Below are positions 9,711-19,511 of a stretch of DNA of 64,000 nt, piece after piece (the stretch's first letter is position 1; every line of letters starts with the position of its first letter). Origin of the DNA: Candidatus Latescibacterota bacterium (lineage in GTDB: Bacteria; Latescibacterota; UBA2968; GCA-2709665). A program made the translations under genes and the position numbers. Below the pieces are notes generated by a model, which searched no databases, was not told the DNA's origin, and saw only the letters and a list, made by a program, of their open reading frames with translations. The stretch is from the NCBI GenBank assembly GCA_963667175.2, contig CAXXXF010000015.1, forward strand, positions 1 to 64,000, written 5' to 3'.

Positions 9711-10760
9711 CTATTTCCCGCCGGGCTCACGTTGTTCCTTGTCTTCTTCCCTGTCCTCTTCACGGTCCCGTCCGTCGGTCACAGGACCCAGCACGAACTC
9801 CCTTTTGCCGGGACCGCCTCGCGAGCGGAACAGACCGGTGAGAAACCCGATCCCGCCCGATATCGCGCCGAACAGAATGGCCGTTTCTTTAACCGGCGAG
9901 TCGGTTTGCCAGGCGGCAAACGTACCCATAATCGCGCCCGACACGGCGCCCCCGACACCCATTCGAACGGCGGCGCCGAGCTTTCTGGATCGCTCCCCCC
10001 GAAGGAACAGGATCCGGTCGATATCCGCAACCTGAACACGCCGGGCGTCGAGCCCGGATTGGACCAGTATGGTCCCGTCGTCGAATTCCGGCAGCAACTG
10101 ACCCTGTATCCGCTCGCCGTCCTTGAGAACCACCCCGCCCCGAAGACGGCGCGTGATCCCCGCGCGGGTGCGCCGCTCCTCGAAAGATACCTTCCGTTCG
10201 GTATATTTCGGGTATTCGGAATCTTCCGGCAACTTTGATTCAAATCCAATCTTGTATTCGCCCTTCCTCACCTCGTCGAAATGCTCGACGTACTCCCGAA
10301 GTCGTCTGAGCGCATCCTCGTCCCCAACCGGTATCGTCCTGTTCGCTATTTTGGGACCGGACCGGTATCGGATCCTCACCATCACGCGTTCTCCGCGTTT
10401 CAGAAACGAGGCGGTCTGAATTCCGGGAATCGCCATGTCGAGCAAGCGCAGGGGAACCCTTTCGTTATATACGCTTCGCCCCTGGAAGAGGGAGTAACGA
10501 TTGCTTTCCTCCAGGTCGATTTCCGGGCCAACGAGGGGGCTGAGCACCACCAGATTGCCCTCAATCTGCCTCACGTCCACGATGGACCAACCCCCTTCCT
10601 CCAGGGCATCGATCGTCCGGATGGTTTTGGGGCGTTTCTCGCCGTCCTCCTTCGCAGCCTTTTCACCGGTGGACTCCGCCGCCCACGTTTGGCCCGCGCC
10701 AAAGAGGCTGGTCCATAGCAGACAGCAGGCGCAAAGCAAAGCGGTTGCTTTTCGGAACAT
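9711..10760 (-). CDS. Hypothetical exported protein with C-terminal glycine-zipper membrane segments
   Basis: Signal peptide; GGAVSGAIMG and GAISGGIG hydrophobic segments. Confidence 0.75.
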   Translation of the reverse strand: MFRKATALLCACCLLWTSLFGAGQTWAAESTGEKAAKEDGEKRPKTIRTIDALEEGGWSIVDVRQIEGNLVVLSPLVGPEIDLEESNRYSLFQGRSVYNERVPLRLLDMAIPGIQTASFLKRGERVMVRIRYRSGPKIANRTIPVGDEDALRRLREYVEHFDEVRKGEYKIGFESKLPEDSEYPKYTERKVSFEERRTRAGITRRLRGGVVLKDGERIQGQLLPEFDDGTILVQSGLDARRVQVADIDRILFLRGERSRKLGAAVRMGVGGAVSGAIMGTFAAWQTDSPVKETAILFGAISGGIGFLTGLFRSRGGPGKREFVLGPVTDGRDREEDREEDKEQREPGGK

Positions 10761-10952
10761 ATCCATCTCCCTGGATGTGAGGTGTCTTCCCGACGCGACG
10801 TCTCTGTAGGGTGGAGATTCCGGAGGGTCATGCACACGGGCCAATATCACGAAAAAAAACGGGTCGTCGACCCGCGCGCCAGACGTCACTCCGGCGTAGA
10901 ACACTGGTTCTGTAAACGCCCCAACGGACACAAAGTTCCGCCTGCGGGATTG

Positions 10953-11588
10953 CTAACCAGGTTCGTCCTTCAGATCCTCAATCTCGGCGGCAATGCCATC
11001 CATGATATAGGGACGAAACCTCTTGAATGCCGTTCGCCGCTTGAACCATCCGCCATCGGCAGCCGCCGTCCCCGCAACCCGTACGAATTGCATCAGATCG
11101 ATCCCGCCGGAATCGTACGCGCCGAAGAGCCAGAAGTCCAGTTGCCGCCGGACGTTCCGCAGGGAATCGCGAGATACAGGCATCGCCTTGTCGAGCGGAA
11201 AGAACACCTCCCCGTCTGCGAAGACCGAAGCGTCGCGGAGGAACTTCCGCGGAGGCTGAACGAGTCGTTCCGGTTCGCGCACGGCCATTCCGGTTACGAA
11301 GTCGATATCGTCTTCCGCAACGACGTCCTTGAACAGGGTACGCATGCGGTTCTTCAATCCGCCATAGTCCTCCATCAGGCGATTCGACCTTGGGTTCACA
11401 CCCACGGTTAGCGTACCCAGCCCGTTGTACCGCAGGCACTCCGAAACGAAATCGGCCTCGTTATCGAACAACCCGATGCCGATGACATGGTCTCCATCCG
11501 TCGCCTTCAGATGTGTGAGGCCAAGTTCCGGACCGTGCTGCAGAAGGTCGTAGTGCCGCCGCACGTCGCGCTCACTGAAGGACTTCAC
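10953..11588 (-). CDS. Hypothetical protein, possible degenerate AEP/RepB primase-like fold
   Basis: 211 aa ORF overlapping the argH stop (GTGA); VGVNPR, DIDF and FVRVAGT motifs. Confidence 0.7.
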   Translation of the reverse strand: MKSFSERDVRRHYDLLQHGPELGLTHLKATDGDHVIGIGLFDNEADFVSECLRYNGLGTLTVGVNPRSNRLMEDYGGLKNRMRTLFKDVVAEDDIDFVTGMAVREPERLVQPPRKFLRDASVFADGEVFFPLDKAMPVSRDSLRNVRRQLDFWLFGAYDSGGIDLMQFVRVAGTAAADGGWFKRRTAFKRFRPYIMDGIAAEIEDLKDEPG

Positions 11589-12991
11589 TCTTCCGCTCTC
11601 CGCGTTCTCCGGCTCAGCAACTGCCTGCCGTTGCGGATCTGCGCCGCAACGGCCTCATGACCGGTTCCACCATAGAGGTTGCGGCGGTCGATTCCGGCTT
11701 CGACGGAAAGTGACGCAGCCACGTCCGCCTCGAACAAATCGCACGCCGATCGGAGCGTCGGCAGGTCCAGTTCGTCCAGGCGGCTTCCCTGCGACAGGGC
11801 CCTCCGCACCAGCCTGCCCACGATCCTGTGAGATTCTCGAAAGGGCAGCCCCTTCCGCACCAGGTAATCCGCCAGATCCGTCGCTACGACGGCGCCGTCG
11901 AGCGTTTCGCGCATTCGCTTGGACATGACGGTCATCGTCTCCCACGCGCCGGCAAACACCGCCAGTGCCTGATTGATCGTATCGACCGTATCGAAAAAGG
12001 CCTCTTTGTCCTCCTGCAGATCTTTCGAATAGGTCAGGGGCAGTCCCTTCATCACCGTCAACAGCGACATCAGATTGCCGTACACCCGCCCCGTCTTTCC
12101 ACGGATCAACTCCAGCGAATCCGGGTTCTTCTTCTGCGGCATCATGCTCGAACCGGTGCTGTACGCGTCGTCGAGTTCGATAAACCGAAACTCGGAGGAT
12201 GACCACACGATCAGGTCCTCGCAGAACCGACTCAGGTGTCCCATGAGAATTGCCGCGCCGGACATATACTCCAGGAGATAGTCACGGTCGCTCACCGCGT
12301 CGATACTGTTTTCGGTTATCCGCGAGAATCCCAATTCCGATGCCAGGAATTCGCGGTCGATCGGATAGGCGCTTCCGGCGAAAGCACCCGATCCGAGCGG
12401 CATGGCATCCGCCCGATCGGAGCAAACCGTGAATCGTCCGCGGTCCCTTTCCAGCATCCAGAACAACGCCATGGTATAGTGCGACAGGCGCACGGGCTGC
12501 GCCTGCTGCAGATGTGTATATCCCGGCATCAGCACGTCGACGTGCCGGGCGGCGAAGTCCACCAGAACGGCTTGAAGCCGGTCGATGCCGGCAACGGTAT
12601 CCCTTGCCGCCTCCCGCAGATACAACCGCTCATCCAGCGCCACCTGATCGTTCCGGCTGCGCCCGGTATGAATCTTGCCGCCCGCGTCGCCCGCGATCTC
12701 GATCAGCCGCGCCTCGACCGCCATGTGTATGTCTTCCAGATTGGCGGTCAGCGCGAGGCGGCCTTCGGCAATCTCCGCTTCCACCTGGTCCAACCCGTCC
12801 AGGATGCGTTCCAGTTCCTCCGCCGTCAAGACGCCGATCTTCTCGAGCGCTTTCGCCTGCGCACGGCTTCCGGCGACGTCCGCCCTGTATAGCCGCCGGT
12901 CGAACCCGATGGACGCATTGAATTGCTCCATGCCGCTATCCGAGGGCCTGTCAAACCGCCCCGACCAGGGTTTTTGTGCGGATCCGTCCAT
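11585..12991 (-). CDS. argH: Argininosuccinate lyase
   Basis: WSGRF, HTGRSRNDQ, GYTHLQ, GSSMMPQKKNPD. Confidence 0.98.
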   Translation of the reverse strand: MDGSAQKPWSGRFDRPSDSGMEQFNASIGFDRRLYRADVAGSRAQAKALEKIGVLTAEELERILDGLDQVEAEIAEGRLALTANLEDIHMAVEARLIEIAGDAGGKIHTGRSRNDQVALDERLYLREAARDTVAGIDRLQAVLVDFAARHVDVLMPGYTHLQQAQPVRLSHYTMALFWMLERDRGRFTVCSDRADAMPLGSGAFAGSAYPIDREFLASELGFSRITENSIDAVSDRDYLLEYMSGAAILMGHLSRFCEDLIVWSSSEFRFIELDDAYSTGSSMMPQKKNPDSLELIRGKTGRVYGNLMSLLTVMKGLPLTYSKDLQEDKEAFFDTVDTINQALAVFAGAWETMTVMSKRMRETLDGAVVATDLADYLVRKGLPFRESHRIVGRLVRRALSQGSRLDELDLPTLRSACDLFEADVAASLSVEAGIDRRNLYGGTGHEAVAAQIRNGRQLLSRRTRRAEE

Positions 12992-13051
12992 CGAATTCTC
13001 CAAAAACAGCCATGGTCTCAAAATGAACAAAGGACTCGGACCGTGTATTTC

Positions 13052-14305
13052 TCAGGCTTCCGACACTCCTTCACTAACCTGGCGCGAAGCATTCAATGCC
13101 TTCGCACTCACACCCAGCACGTTCAGGAATCCCTCCGAATCCCGATGGTCGTAGTCACCGACCGCTTCCATCGAGGACAGTTCGGACGAATACAGCGAAT
13201 GGGCCACGGCTTCCGAGGATTGGTACGTTACTGTACCCTTGTAGACCGAAACAGTCACCGAACCTTCGGCCAGTTTCCGAACCGGCGCCAGAGCGCCGCG
13301 AATCATCTGCGACGACAGGTCGAAATAATATCCCTGATAGATCTGCTCGGCAAGCACCGAGGAAAGCGAATCGTAGAATCGCCGCGCCCTCCGGTCCAGC
13401 ACCTGCTGCAGCAGGAACTGGTAGCACGAGCCAAGCAGTGCGAGCCCCGGACTTTCGTACACCCCTCTGGATTTTATGCCCACGAAGCGGTTCTCGACCG
13501 TGTGGATGCCGATGCCCACGCCGTGACGCCCGCCGACGTCGTTGGCCGTGGCGATCGCGGAGACGGCATCCACGGGTTCCCCGTTCACGAGGACCGGACG
13601 CCCCGCTTCCAGCGTCACTGAGAACGTCTCCGGGCGGTCCGGCGCGTACTTCGGAAATACGCCCATGCCCGGCTCGATGAAATCTGCCCCCACGTCCAGA
13701 TGTTCGAGTCTGCCCGCCTCATGGGTCAACCCCAGCAGATTCGCATCCGTCGAATACGGCTTGTCCTGCGTGGCGGTAATCGGCAGGTTCCGGGCCTGGC
13801 AGTAAGCGATCATCTCCCTGCGTCCGCCGAAGTGTTCCAGGAAGGCGTCGTCCCGCCAGGGTGCGTACACTTTGACGGCGGGCAAGAGCATATTGGCGAC
13901 AAGCTGAAAACGCACCTGATCGTTCCCGCGGCCCGTGGCGCCGTGCGCGAGCACGTCGATTGCCCGCGCCTCCATCTCGCTGAGAATACCCTGCGCGGTC
14001 ACGTGGCGGGCAAGTCCCGTGGTATTCCAGTATCCGCCTTCATAAACGGCGTTGGCAAGAAGCATGGTGATCGCTTCCCGGGCCAGTTCCGCCTTCAGAT
14101 CGAGAATAACCGATTCCACGGCCCCGCAGGCCAGCATTCGCTGTCCGATATCCGCAATATCGTCCTCGTCCGGCTGCCCGATATCTGCGGTTATGCCGAC
14201 CACCTCCACCCCCTGGTCGGCCAGCCAGCGCGTGACCGTGCAGCTGTCGAGCCCGCCCGATGCCGCCAGCGCAATCCGCTTTCCCCGAATATCCGCCACT
14301 TTCAT
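13052..14305 (-). CDS. argG: Argininosuccinate synthase
   Basis: SGGLDS, HGATGRGNDQVRF, ENRFVGIKSRGVYE. Confidence 0.97.
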   Translation of the reverse strand: MKVADIRGKRIALAASGGLDSCTVTRWLADQGVEVVGITADIGQPDEDDIADIGQRMLACGAVESVILDLKAELAREAITMLLANAVYEGGYWNTTGLARHVTAQGILSEMEARAIDVLAHGATGRGNDQVRFQLVANMLLPAVKVYAPWRDDAFLEHFGGRREMIAYCQARNLPITATQDKPYSTDANLLGLTHEAGRLEHLDVGADFIEPGMGVFPKYAPDRPETFSVTLEAGRPVLVNGEPVDAVSAIATANDVGGRHGVGIGIHTVENRFVGIKSRGVYESPGLALLGSCYQFLLQQVLDRRARRFYDSLSSVLAEQIYQGYYFDLSSQMIRGALAPVRKLAEGSVTVSVYKGTVTYQSSEAVAHSLYSSELSSMEAVGDYDHRDSEGFLNVLGVSAKALNASRQVSEGVSEA

Positions 14306-14343
14306 CCCGCGTACTCCTTTCCCTTCGTCCGTCGGCTGGGTTC

Positions 14344-15543
14344 CTATGCCTTCAGGATTTCGTCGAACGCGTCCATGACCCGATCTATATCCGCCTGTTC
14401 AATCACCAGGGGCGGCAGGAAGCGCACCACGTCGGGTCCGGCGACACACACCAGAATCCCACGTTCCCGAAAGACGCCCATCACGTCCGCGGCGGGAGCG
14501 TCGGTCAGCACGGCGCCTGCGATCAGTCCCTTGCCGCGAACCTCGGCGATCTTATCGGTGTACATTTCCCTTAGCGCGTCCAGCCGGCTATTCAGATGGT
14601 CGCCCTTCGCCTTTGCGTCCGCGATGAATCCCGGATCGGAGAGCTGCTTGAAGACCTCGATGCCCACGGCGCAGCTGACCGGATGCGCCCCGAACGTGGC
14701 CGCATGGTCACTGGCTTCCACGGCATCGGCAACGGCCTGGCTCATCAGGGTCGCGCCGATCGGCAGGCCCCCGGCCAGGGGCTTGGCCAGCGTCATGATG
14801 TCCGGCGACACGCCATAGTGTTCGTAACAGAACAGGGCGCCGGTCCGGCAGAGACCGGACTGGATCTCATCGAACACCAGCAGCATCTTCATCTCGTCGC
14901 ACAACTGCCGAAGCCCTTCCAGAAAGGCCGGTTCCGCCGTATGAATGCCGCCCTCCGCCTGCAGGGGTTCCAGGAGTACCGCCACCGTCTCCGCGTCCAC
15001 GAGCCGCTCCACCGATTCGAGATTGTTGAATTCCGCAAACGAGATTCCGGGCAGCATGGGTCCGAAGCCCTTGTGGTACTTCGGCTGGCCGGTCGTGGAA
15101 ACCGACCCCATCGTGCGTCCGTGAAACGAGTTGTTCATCGCGATGAACTTGTGCTTCGCGCGATCCTCGAAATTCCTGTACCCCCACTTTCTCGCAAACT
15201 TCAGCGCGGCTTCCCAGGACTCGGTGCCGCTGTTGCAAAAGAACACACGGTCCGCGAATGAACGCTCGCACAGCAATTTCGCCAGCCGGGGCGCGGGGAT
15301 CGTATGGTACAGGTTCGAAACGTGGATCAGCTTCTTCGCCTGCGCGGCCATCGCATCGCCTATGGTCGGGTTATTGTAACCCAGCGCATTCACGGACAAC
15401 CCGCTCACAAAATCCAGGTACTGGTTCCCGTCGGTGTCGAACAGGTGTACCCCGTCTCCGCGCTCCAGGACGAAGTCGGGCCGCCCGTACGTCTGCAGAA
15501 TGTAGTTTTGCTCCAGATCGATGATCGCTTTCGTATCCATCAT
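14344..15543 (-). CDS. argD: Acetylornithine aminotransferase
   Basis: Class III aminotransferase motifs FHGRT, DEIQSG, TLAKPLAGG; arg operon context. Confidence 0.95.
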   Translation of the reverse strand: MMDTKAIIDLEQNYILQTYGRPDFVLERGDGVHLFDTDGNQYLDFVSGLSVNALGYNNPTIGDAMAAQAKKLIHVSNLYHTIPAPRLAKLLCERSFADRVFFCNSGTESWEAALKFARKWGYRNFEDRAKHKFIAMNNSFHGRTMGSVSTTGQPKYHKGFGPMLPGISFAEFNNLESVERLVDAETVAVLLEPLQAEGGIHTAEPAFLEGLRQLCDEMKMLLVFDEIQSGLCRTGALFCYEHYGVSPDIMTLAKPLAGGLPIGATLMSQAVADAVEASDHAATFGAHPVSCAVGIEVFKQLSDPGFIADAKAKGDHLNSRLDALREMYTDKIAEVRGKGLIAGAVLTDAPAADVMGVFRERGILVCVAGPDVVRFLPPLVIEQADIDRVMDAFDEILKA

Positions 15544-15595
15544 CCACTCCCGGTTGGTTGGGTTTCCTGCGTGCGACCCGGACCGCGTCGCCGCT

Positions 15596-16474
15596 TCATT
15601 GAACAATCTCTGTACCGATCCCCTCACGCGTAAAGACTTCGAGCAGCAACGCGTGAGGGACCCGTCCGTCGATGATATGGGTTTTCTTCACCCCCCCTCT
15701 CACGGAACGCACACAAGCCTGAAGCTTCGGAATCATCCCTCCTTTTGCCGTACCGTCCTGAATGAGGCTCTCCACGTCGTCGACGCGCAACGTAGAGATT
15801 CTGGATTCCGGATCGGCGCTGTCTCTCAAAATGCCATTAACGTCCGTCAGGAAAACCAGCTTCTCCGCCTCCAGCGTCCGCGCGATTTCTCCCGCGGCCG
15901 TGTCCGCGTTCACGTTGTAACTCCTGCCGTCGGGACCCAGGCCGATCGGCGCGATCACAGGAATCGTCTCTTCCAGGCAGGCCCGTCGGACCGGTTCCGG
16001 ATTCACCCGGCGTACGTCGCCCACGAACCCGATGTCCACCGGCTTTTCATCGGAGGCTGCCCGCGCATCGTGTTTCCTGACGTGCATCACGCCGGCTTCC
16101 TTCGCCGAGATCCCGAATGCGCAACCGTCCAGCGACCGGATGCCCTCGACAATCCGTCTGTTGACCACGCCGACGAGTGTGTCTTCAACCACCTGCATCG
16201 AATCCGCGTCCGTCACCCGCAATCCGTTGATCCACTTCGACTCCAGACCCGCGTCATCCAGGCGTCTGCTGATCTCTTTGCCGCCGCCGTGCACGACCAC
16301 GGGTCGCATCCCGACCGTTTCCATGAAGACCAGGTCCGCCAGAATCGTGGCCGATCCACCGTCGTCCGGTTGGGTGCTGCCTCCATATTTCACGACGATG
16401 ATCTTGTCCCGAAACGACCGGATATAGGGAAACGCCTCAACCAGTGTGGCGGCCTTGTGGATGTATTGCTCCAT
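15596..16474 (-). CDS. argB: Acetylglutamate kinase
   Basis: VKYGG, VHGGG, GLRVTD, NVNAD, GGMIPK. Confidence 0.97.
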   Translation of the reverse strand: MEQYIHKAATLVEAFPYIRSFRDKIIVVKYGGSTQPDDGGSATILADLVFMETVGMRPVVVHGGGKEISRRLDDAGLESKWINGLRVTDADSMQVVEDTLVGVVNRRIVEGIRSLDGCAFGISAKEAGVMHVRKHDARAASDEKPVDIGFVGDVRRVNPEPVRRACLEETIPVIAPIGLGPDGRSYNVNADTAAGEIARTLEAEKLVFLTDVNGILRDSADPESRISTLRVDDVESLIQDGTAKGGMIPKLQACVRSVRGGVKKTHIIDGRVPHALLLEVFTREGIGTEIVQ

Positions 16475-16522
16475 CGCAGATTCCTTCAATTCCGTGCGGC
16501 CGCGGCTTGAGCCGGCGGCTCA

Positions 16523-17467
16523 TCACGTGCTGTACGCCCCGTCAATTCCATAGAGTCTGGGAAGACCGCACATCAGGTTCATGTTCTCCACCGCCTGGCT
16601 GGCTGCGCCCTTGCCCAGGTTGTCTTCCATCGCGCAGACGTAGGCAAACCCGTCGTCTACGCCCACCTTGATCGCCAACCGGTGCGTGCCTACGACGTCG
16701 CGCGTGCCCCATTGCTTGTCATCGGTATCCTCAACGGGACAGACCAGGTCTTCGTCGGTATACGCGGAAGCGATGGCCTCGACCAGCCGCCTGCCTGTCT
16801 GACCCGCCGGGACCGGCTTCAGGCTGTCGGCCAGTTCAATCCGTATATTGGCATTGATGCCCGCGAAAACCGACCTCAGAACGATCGGCGTGAAATTCAC
16901 GCGAAACCCGGAGTAATGTTCCATCTCCGGCACATGTTTGTGTCGCCGGCCGAAACTGTAGGTGACTTCGTCGGGTTCCGGTTCCACCTCCCTCCGGGCC
17001 CCTGAATTTCCCGACGTCGCCACGATCGTCGCTTCCCCTTGCACCATGCCCGTCAGGGGCTTCAGAGCCAGAATGACGCTGGTCGGATAACAGCCCGGAT
17101 TGCCCACAAGCCGTGCGCCGCCGATCCGGTCGGAAAACAGCGCGGGCATCCCGTAAACCGCCTCTTCGAGCAATTCCGGCGAACGGTGTTCCATACCGTA
17201 GCCCGCTTCGAACAGCCGTCTCGGCAACCGGAACGCGCCGCTCATATCGATGACTCTTGCGCCTGCCTGCAGCGCCTGGGGAGCGAACTGCATGGATTCC
17301 GGGTCTTTTGTCGCCAGGAATACCAGGTCACACCCGTCCACGGTTCCCTGCCGGCGACTGGAATTCTGCCGAAAGACGATTTCCGCACGGTCGTGGTGCG
17401 CCAGTACCCGCTCGATTTCCTGGCCGACCATTCCCGTATCGCCGAAAATGCCGATGTTCAGAGACAC
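16523..17467 (-). CDS. argC: N-acetyl-gamma-glutamyl-phosphate reductase
   Basis: IDMSGAFRL, NPGCYPT, DNLGKGAASQAVENMN. Confidence 0.95.
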   Translation of the reverse strand: MSLNIGIFGDTGMVGQEIERVLAHHDRAEIVFRQNSSRRQGTVDGCDLVFLATKDPESMQFAPQALQAGARVIDMSGAFRLPRRLFEAGYGMEHRSPELLEEAVYGMPALFSDRIGGARLVGNPGCYPTSVILALKPLTGMVQGEATIVATSGNSGARREVEPEPDEVTYSFGRRHKHVPEMEHYSGFRVNFTPIVLRSVFAGINANIRIELADSLKPVPAGQTGRRLVEAIASAYTDEDLVCPVEDTDDKQWGTRDVVGTHRLAIKVGVDDGFAYVCAMEDNLGKGAASQAVENMNLMCGLPRLYGIDGAYST

Positions 17468-17485
17468 GCGAATCCTCCGTCGACG

Positions 17486-17950
17486 TCACTGAGAAATCTC
17501 AAGTATCCGCTCCCTCAGCAGTTCGCGCTTTTCCACGGACCGGCACAGGATGAATATCGTGTTTTCTCCCGCAATCGTACCTACGACCTCGGTCCATCCG
17601 GCCCGGTCGATGGCTTCGCACACGCCCTGCGCATGACCGGTCATCGTCTTCAACACCAGCGTATTCCCCGCCCCGTCGGTTTCAACGACGAAATCCCTCA
17701 ACTCCCTCGCGAGCAGCTCCGGACGGACGCCATCCGGCCCGTCTTCCGCGACCTGCGCCTGATAGCGAAAACCACCCGTTCCGTCGGGCGATTTTACGAC
17801 GCCCAATTGTTTCAGGTCCTTTGAGAGTGTGGACTGTGTGGTGGATATTCCCGCTTCTATGAGCGCTTCGCTTAGCGCCCTTTGGGTCCCGATTGCACGC
17901 GAAGCAATGAGGTCAAGAATTCGCCGCTGCCGTTCCTGTTTTTCACCCAT
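17486..17950 (-). CDS. argR: Arginine repressor
   Basis: TQSTLSKDL, GTIAGENT motifs. Confidence 0.95.
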   Translation of the reverse strand: MGEKQERQRRILDLIASRAIGTQRALSEALIEAGISTTQSTLSKDLKQLGVVKSPDGTGGFRYQAQVAEDGPDGVRPELLARELRDFVVETDGAGNTLVLKTMTGHAQGVCEAIDRAGWTEVVGTIAGENTIFILCRSVEKRELLRERILEISQ

Positions 17951-18028
17951 GAATTAATATTCCATTAAATCGGATTATTATTCGAATAATACAAAAAAAA
18001 ATCCAGAAGTCAAGAATATTTATTCAAA
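17948..18028 (-). promoter_or_regulatory. arg operon sigma70 promoter with three ARG-box-like operators
   Basis: Minus strand TTGACT-16-TATTAT (18013-17986); ATGAATTAATATTCC, CGGATTATTATTCG and AAGAATATTTATTCAA resemble TGAAT-n4-ATTCA. Confidence 0.8.
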
Positions 18029-18058
18029 TCCGACAATTTCCGTTTGGCATTTCCGGAC

Positions 18059-19474
18059 TCAAATCTCCACGACCTTTCCCGGATTCATAATGTTGAGCGG
18101 GTCAAGCGCTTTCTTGATTGCTCGCATGACCGGCACTCCGTTACCATGTTCCTGCTCCAGGGCCGCCAGTTTGCCCATTCCAATCCCGTGCTCACCCGTG
18201 CATGTTCCACCCATTTCCAGGGCGAATTCCACGATGCGTTCGCCGAATTGACGCGCTTCGGCAAGCTCGTCGGGCCGATCAGGATCGATGAGGAAGACGA
18301 CGTGGAAGTTCCCGTCGCCGACGTGTCCGAAGAGAGGCGCAATCAGCGAAGATGCCTTGAGTTCTTCTCTGGTTCTGAGGATACATTCCGCGAGTCTTGA
18401 AACTGGAACGCAGACGTCCGTCACATATCCCACAGAACCCGGTCGCATGGTCTGTGACGCGTAATAGGCGTCGTACCTCGCCTGCCAGAGGCGGTCGCGT
18501 TCCTTTTGTCCGGTCGCCCATCGGAAATCTTCGGCGCCGTGCCTGTCCGCAACCGGCCTGGCCGCGGCCACGCGCTCGGCAACGGACGACTCGGAACCGT
18601 GGAACTCGAAAAACAGGGTTGGCGCCACCCTGTAGTCAAAGCCTGAATACGCGTTGATTGCGCCCATCTGAACCTCGTCGAGCAGCTCGATTCGCGCCAT
18701 TTCAATTCCCGCCGACGTCATTTCAATAACCGCGTTTACCGCCGACGAAATGTCGGGAAACGCACAGACCGCCGCGGAAACCGCCTCGGGAACCCTTGCC
18801 AGTTTCAGTGTCACTTCAGTAATGACACCCAGCGTACCCTCGGATCCGACGAACAAGCGCGCCAGGTCGTAACCGGCGGACGACTTCCTCGCCCGTCCGC
18901 CGGCGTGGACGATGCTCCCGTCGGCAAGGACGGCCGTCAGTCCCAGGACGTTTTCCCTCATCGTTCCGTATCCCACGGCCGCACTGCCAGATGCCCGGGT
19001 CGCGGTCATGCCGCCCAGCGAAGCATCTGCTCCCGGATCCACAGGAAAGTACAGTCCCGTCCCTGTTTCGGCAAGATGCCTGTTAAGCCGTTTTCTCGTA
19101 ACACCGGCTTCCACCGTTGCGTCCAGGTCCGTTGTGCCAACCCTCAAGATGCGTTTCATTTGGCTCAAGTCGATGCACACCCCGCCCTGGACGGCGACGA
19201 TGCCGCCTTCCACCGCCGTCCCCGTCCCGTATGGCACGACGGGTGTCCGGTTTTGCGCACAGATCGCCACAATCTTCGACACTTCCGCATTGCAGGCGGG
19301 ATAGACCACCGCATCCGGTAATCTTGGCGTATGATATGATGCGTCCGCGGCGTGGGCTTCCCGGGTACCCCCGTCTGTCTTCACCCGATCTCCAAGCAAC
19401 GACCGGAGTTCACCAATGACCGGCGCCCGGCTCGGGTATGCAGGTCCAATCGCTGTCTGTGCGTGGTCCGTCAT
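18059..19474 (-). CDS. FAD-linked oxidase (D-lactate dehydrogenase/GlcD family)
   Basis: FPVDPGA, GSEGTLG, GHVGDGNFH, GEHGIG, NIMNPGK. Confidence 0.93.
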   Translation of the reverse strand: MTDHAQTAIGPAYPSRAPVIGELRSLLGDRVKTDGGTREAHAADASYHTPRLPDAVVYPACNAEVSKIVAICAQNRTPVVPYGTGTAVEGGIVAVQGGVCIDLSQMKRILRVGTTDLDATVEAGVTRKRLNRHLAETGTGLYFPVDPGADASLGGMTATRASGSAAVGYGTMRENVLGLTAVLADGSIVHAGGRARKSSAGYDLARLFVGSEGTLGVITEVTLKLARVPEAVSAAVCAFPDISSAVNAVIEMTSAGIEMARIELLDEVQMGAINAYSGFDYRVAPTLFFEFHGSESSVAERVAAARPVADRHGAEDFRWATGQKERDRLWQARYDAYYASQTMRPGSVGYVTDVCVPVSRLAECILRTREELKASSLIAPLFGHVGDGNFHVVFLIDPDRPDELAEARQFGERIVEFALEMGGTCTGEHGIGMGKLAALEQEHGNGVPVMRAIKKALDPLNIMNPGKVVEI

Positions 19475-19511
19475 GTTTCCCAACCTCATTTCCGGTTTCT
19501 CTCGCGATCTC

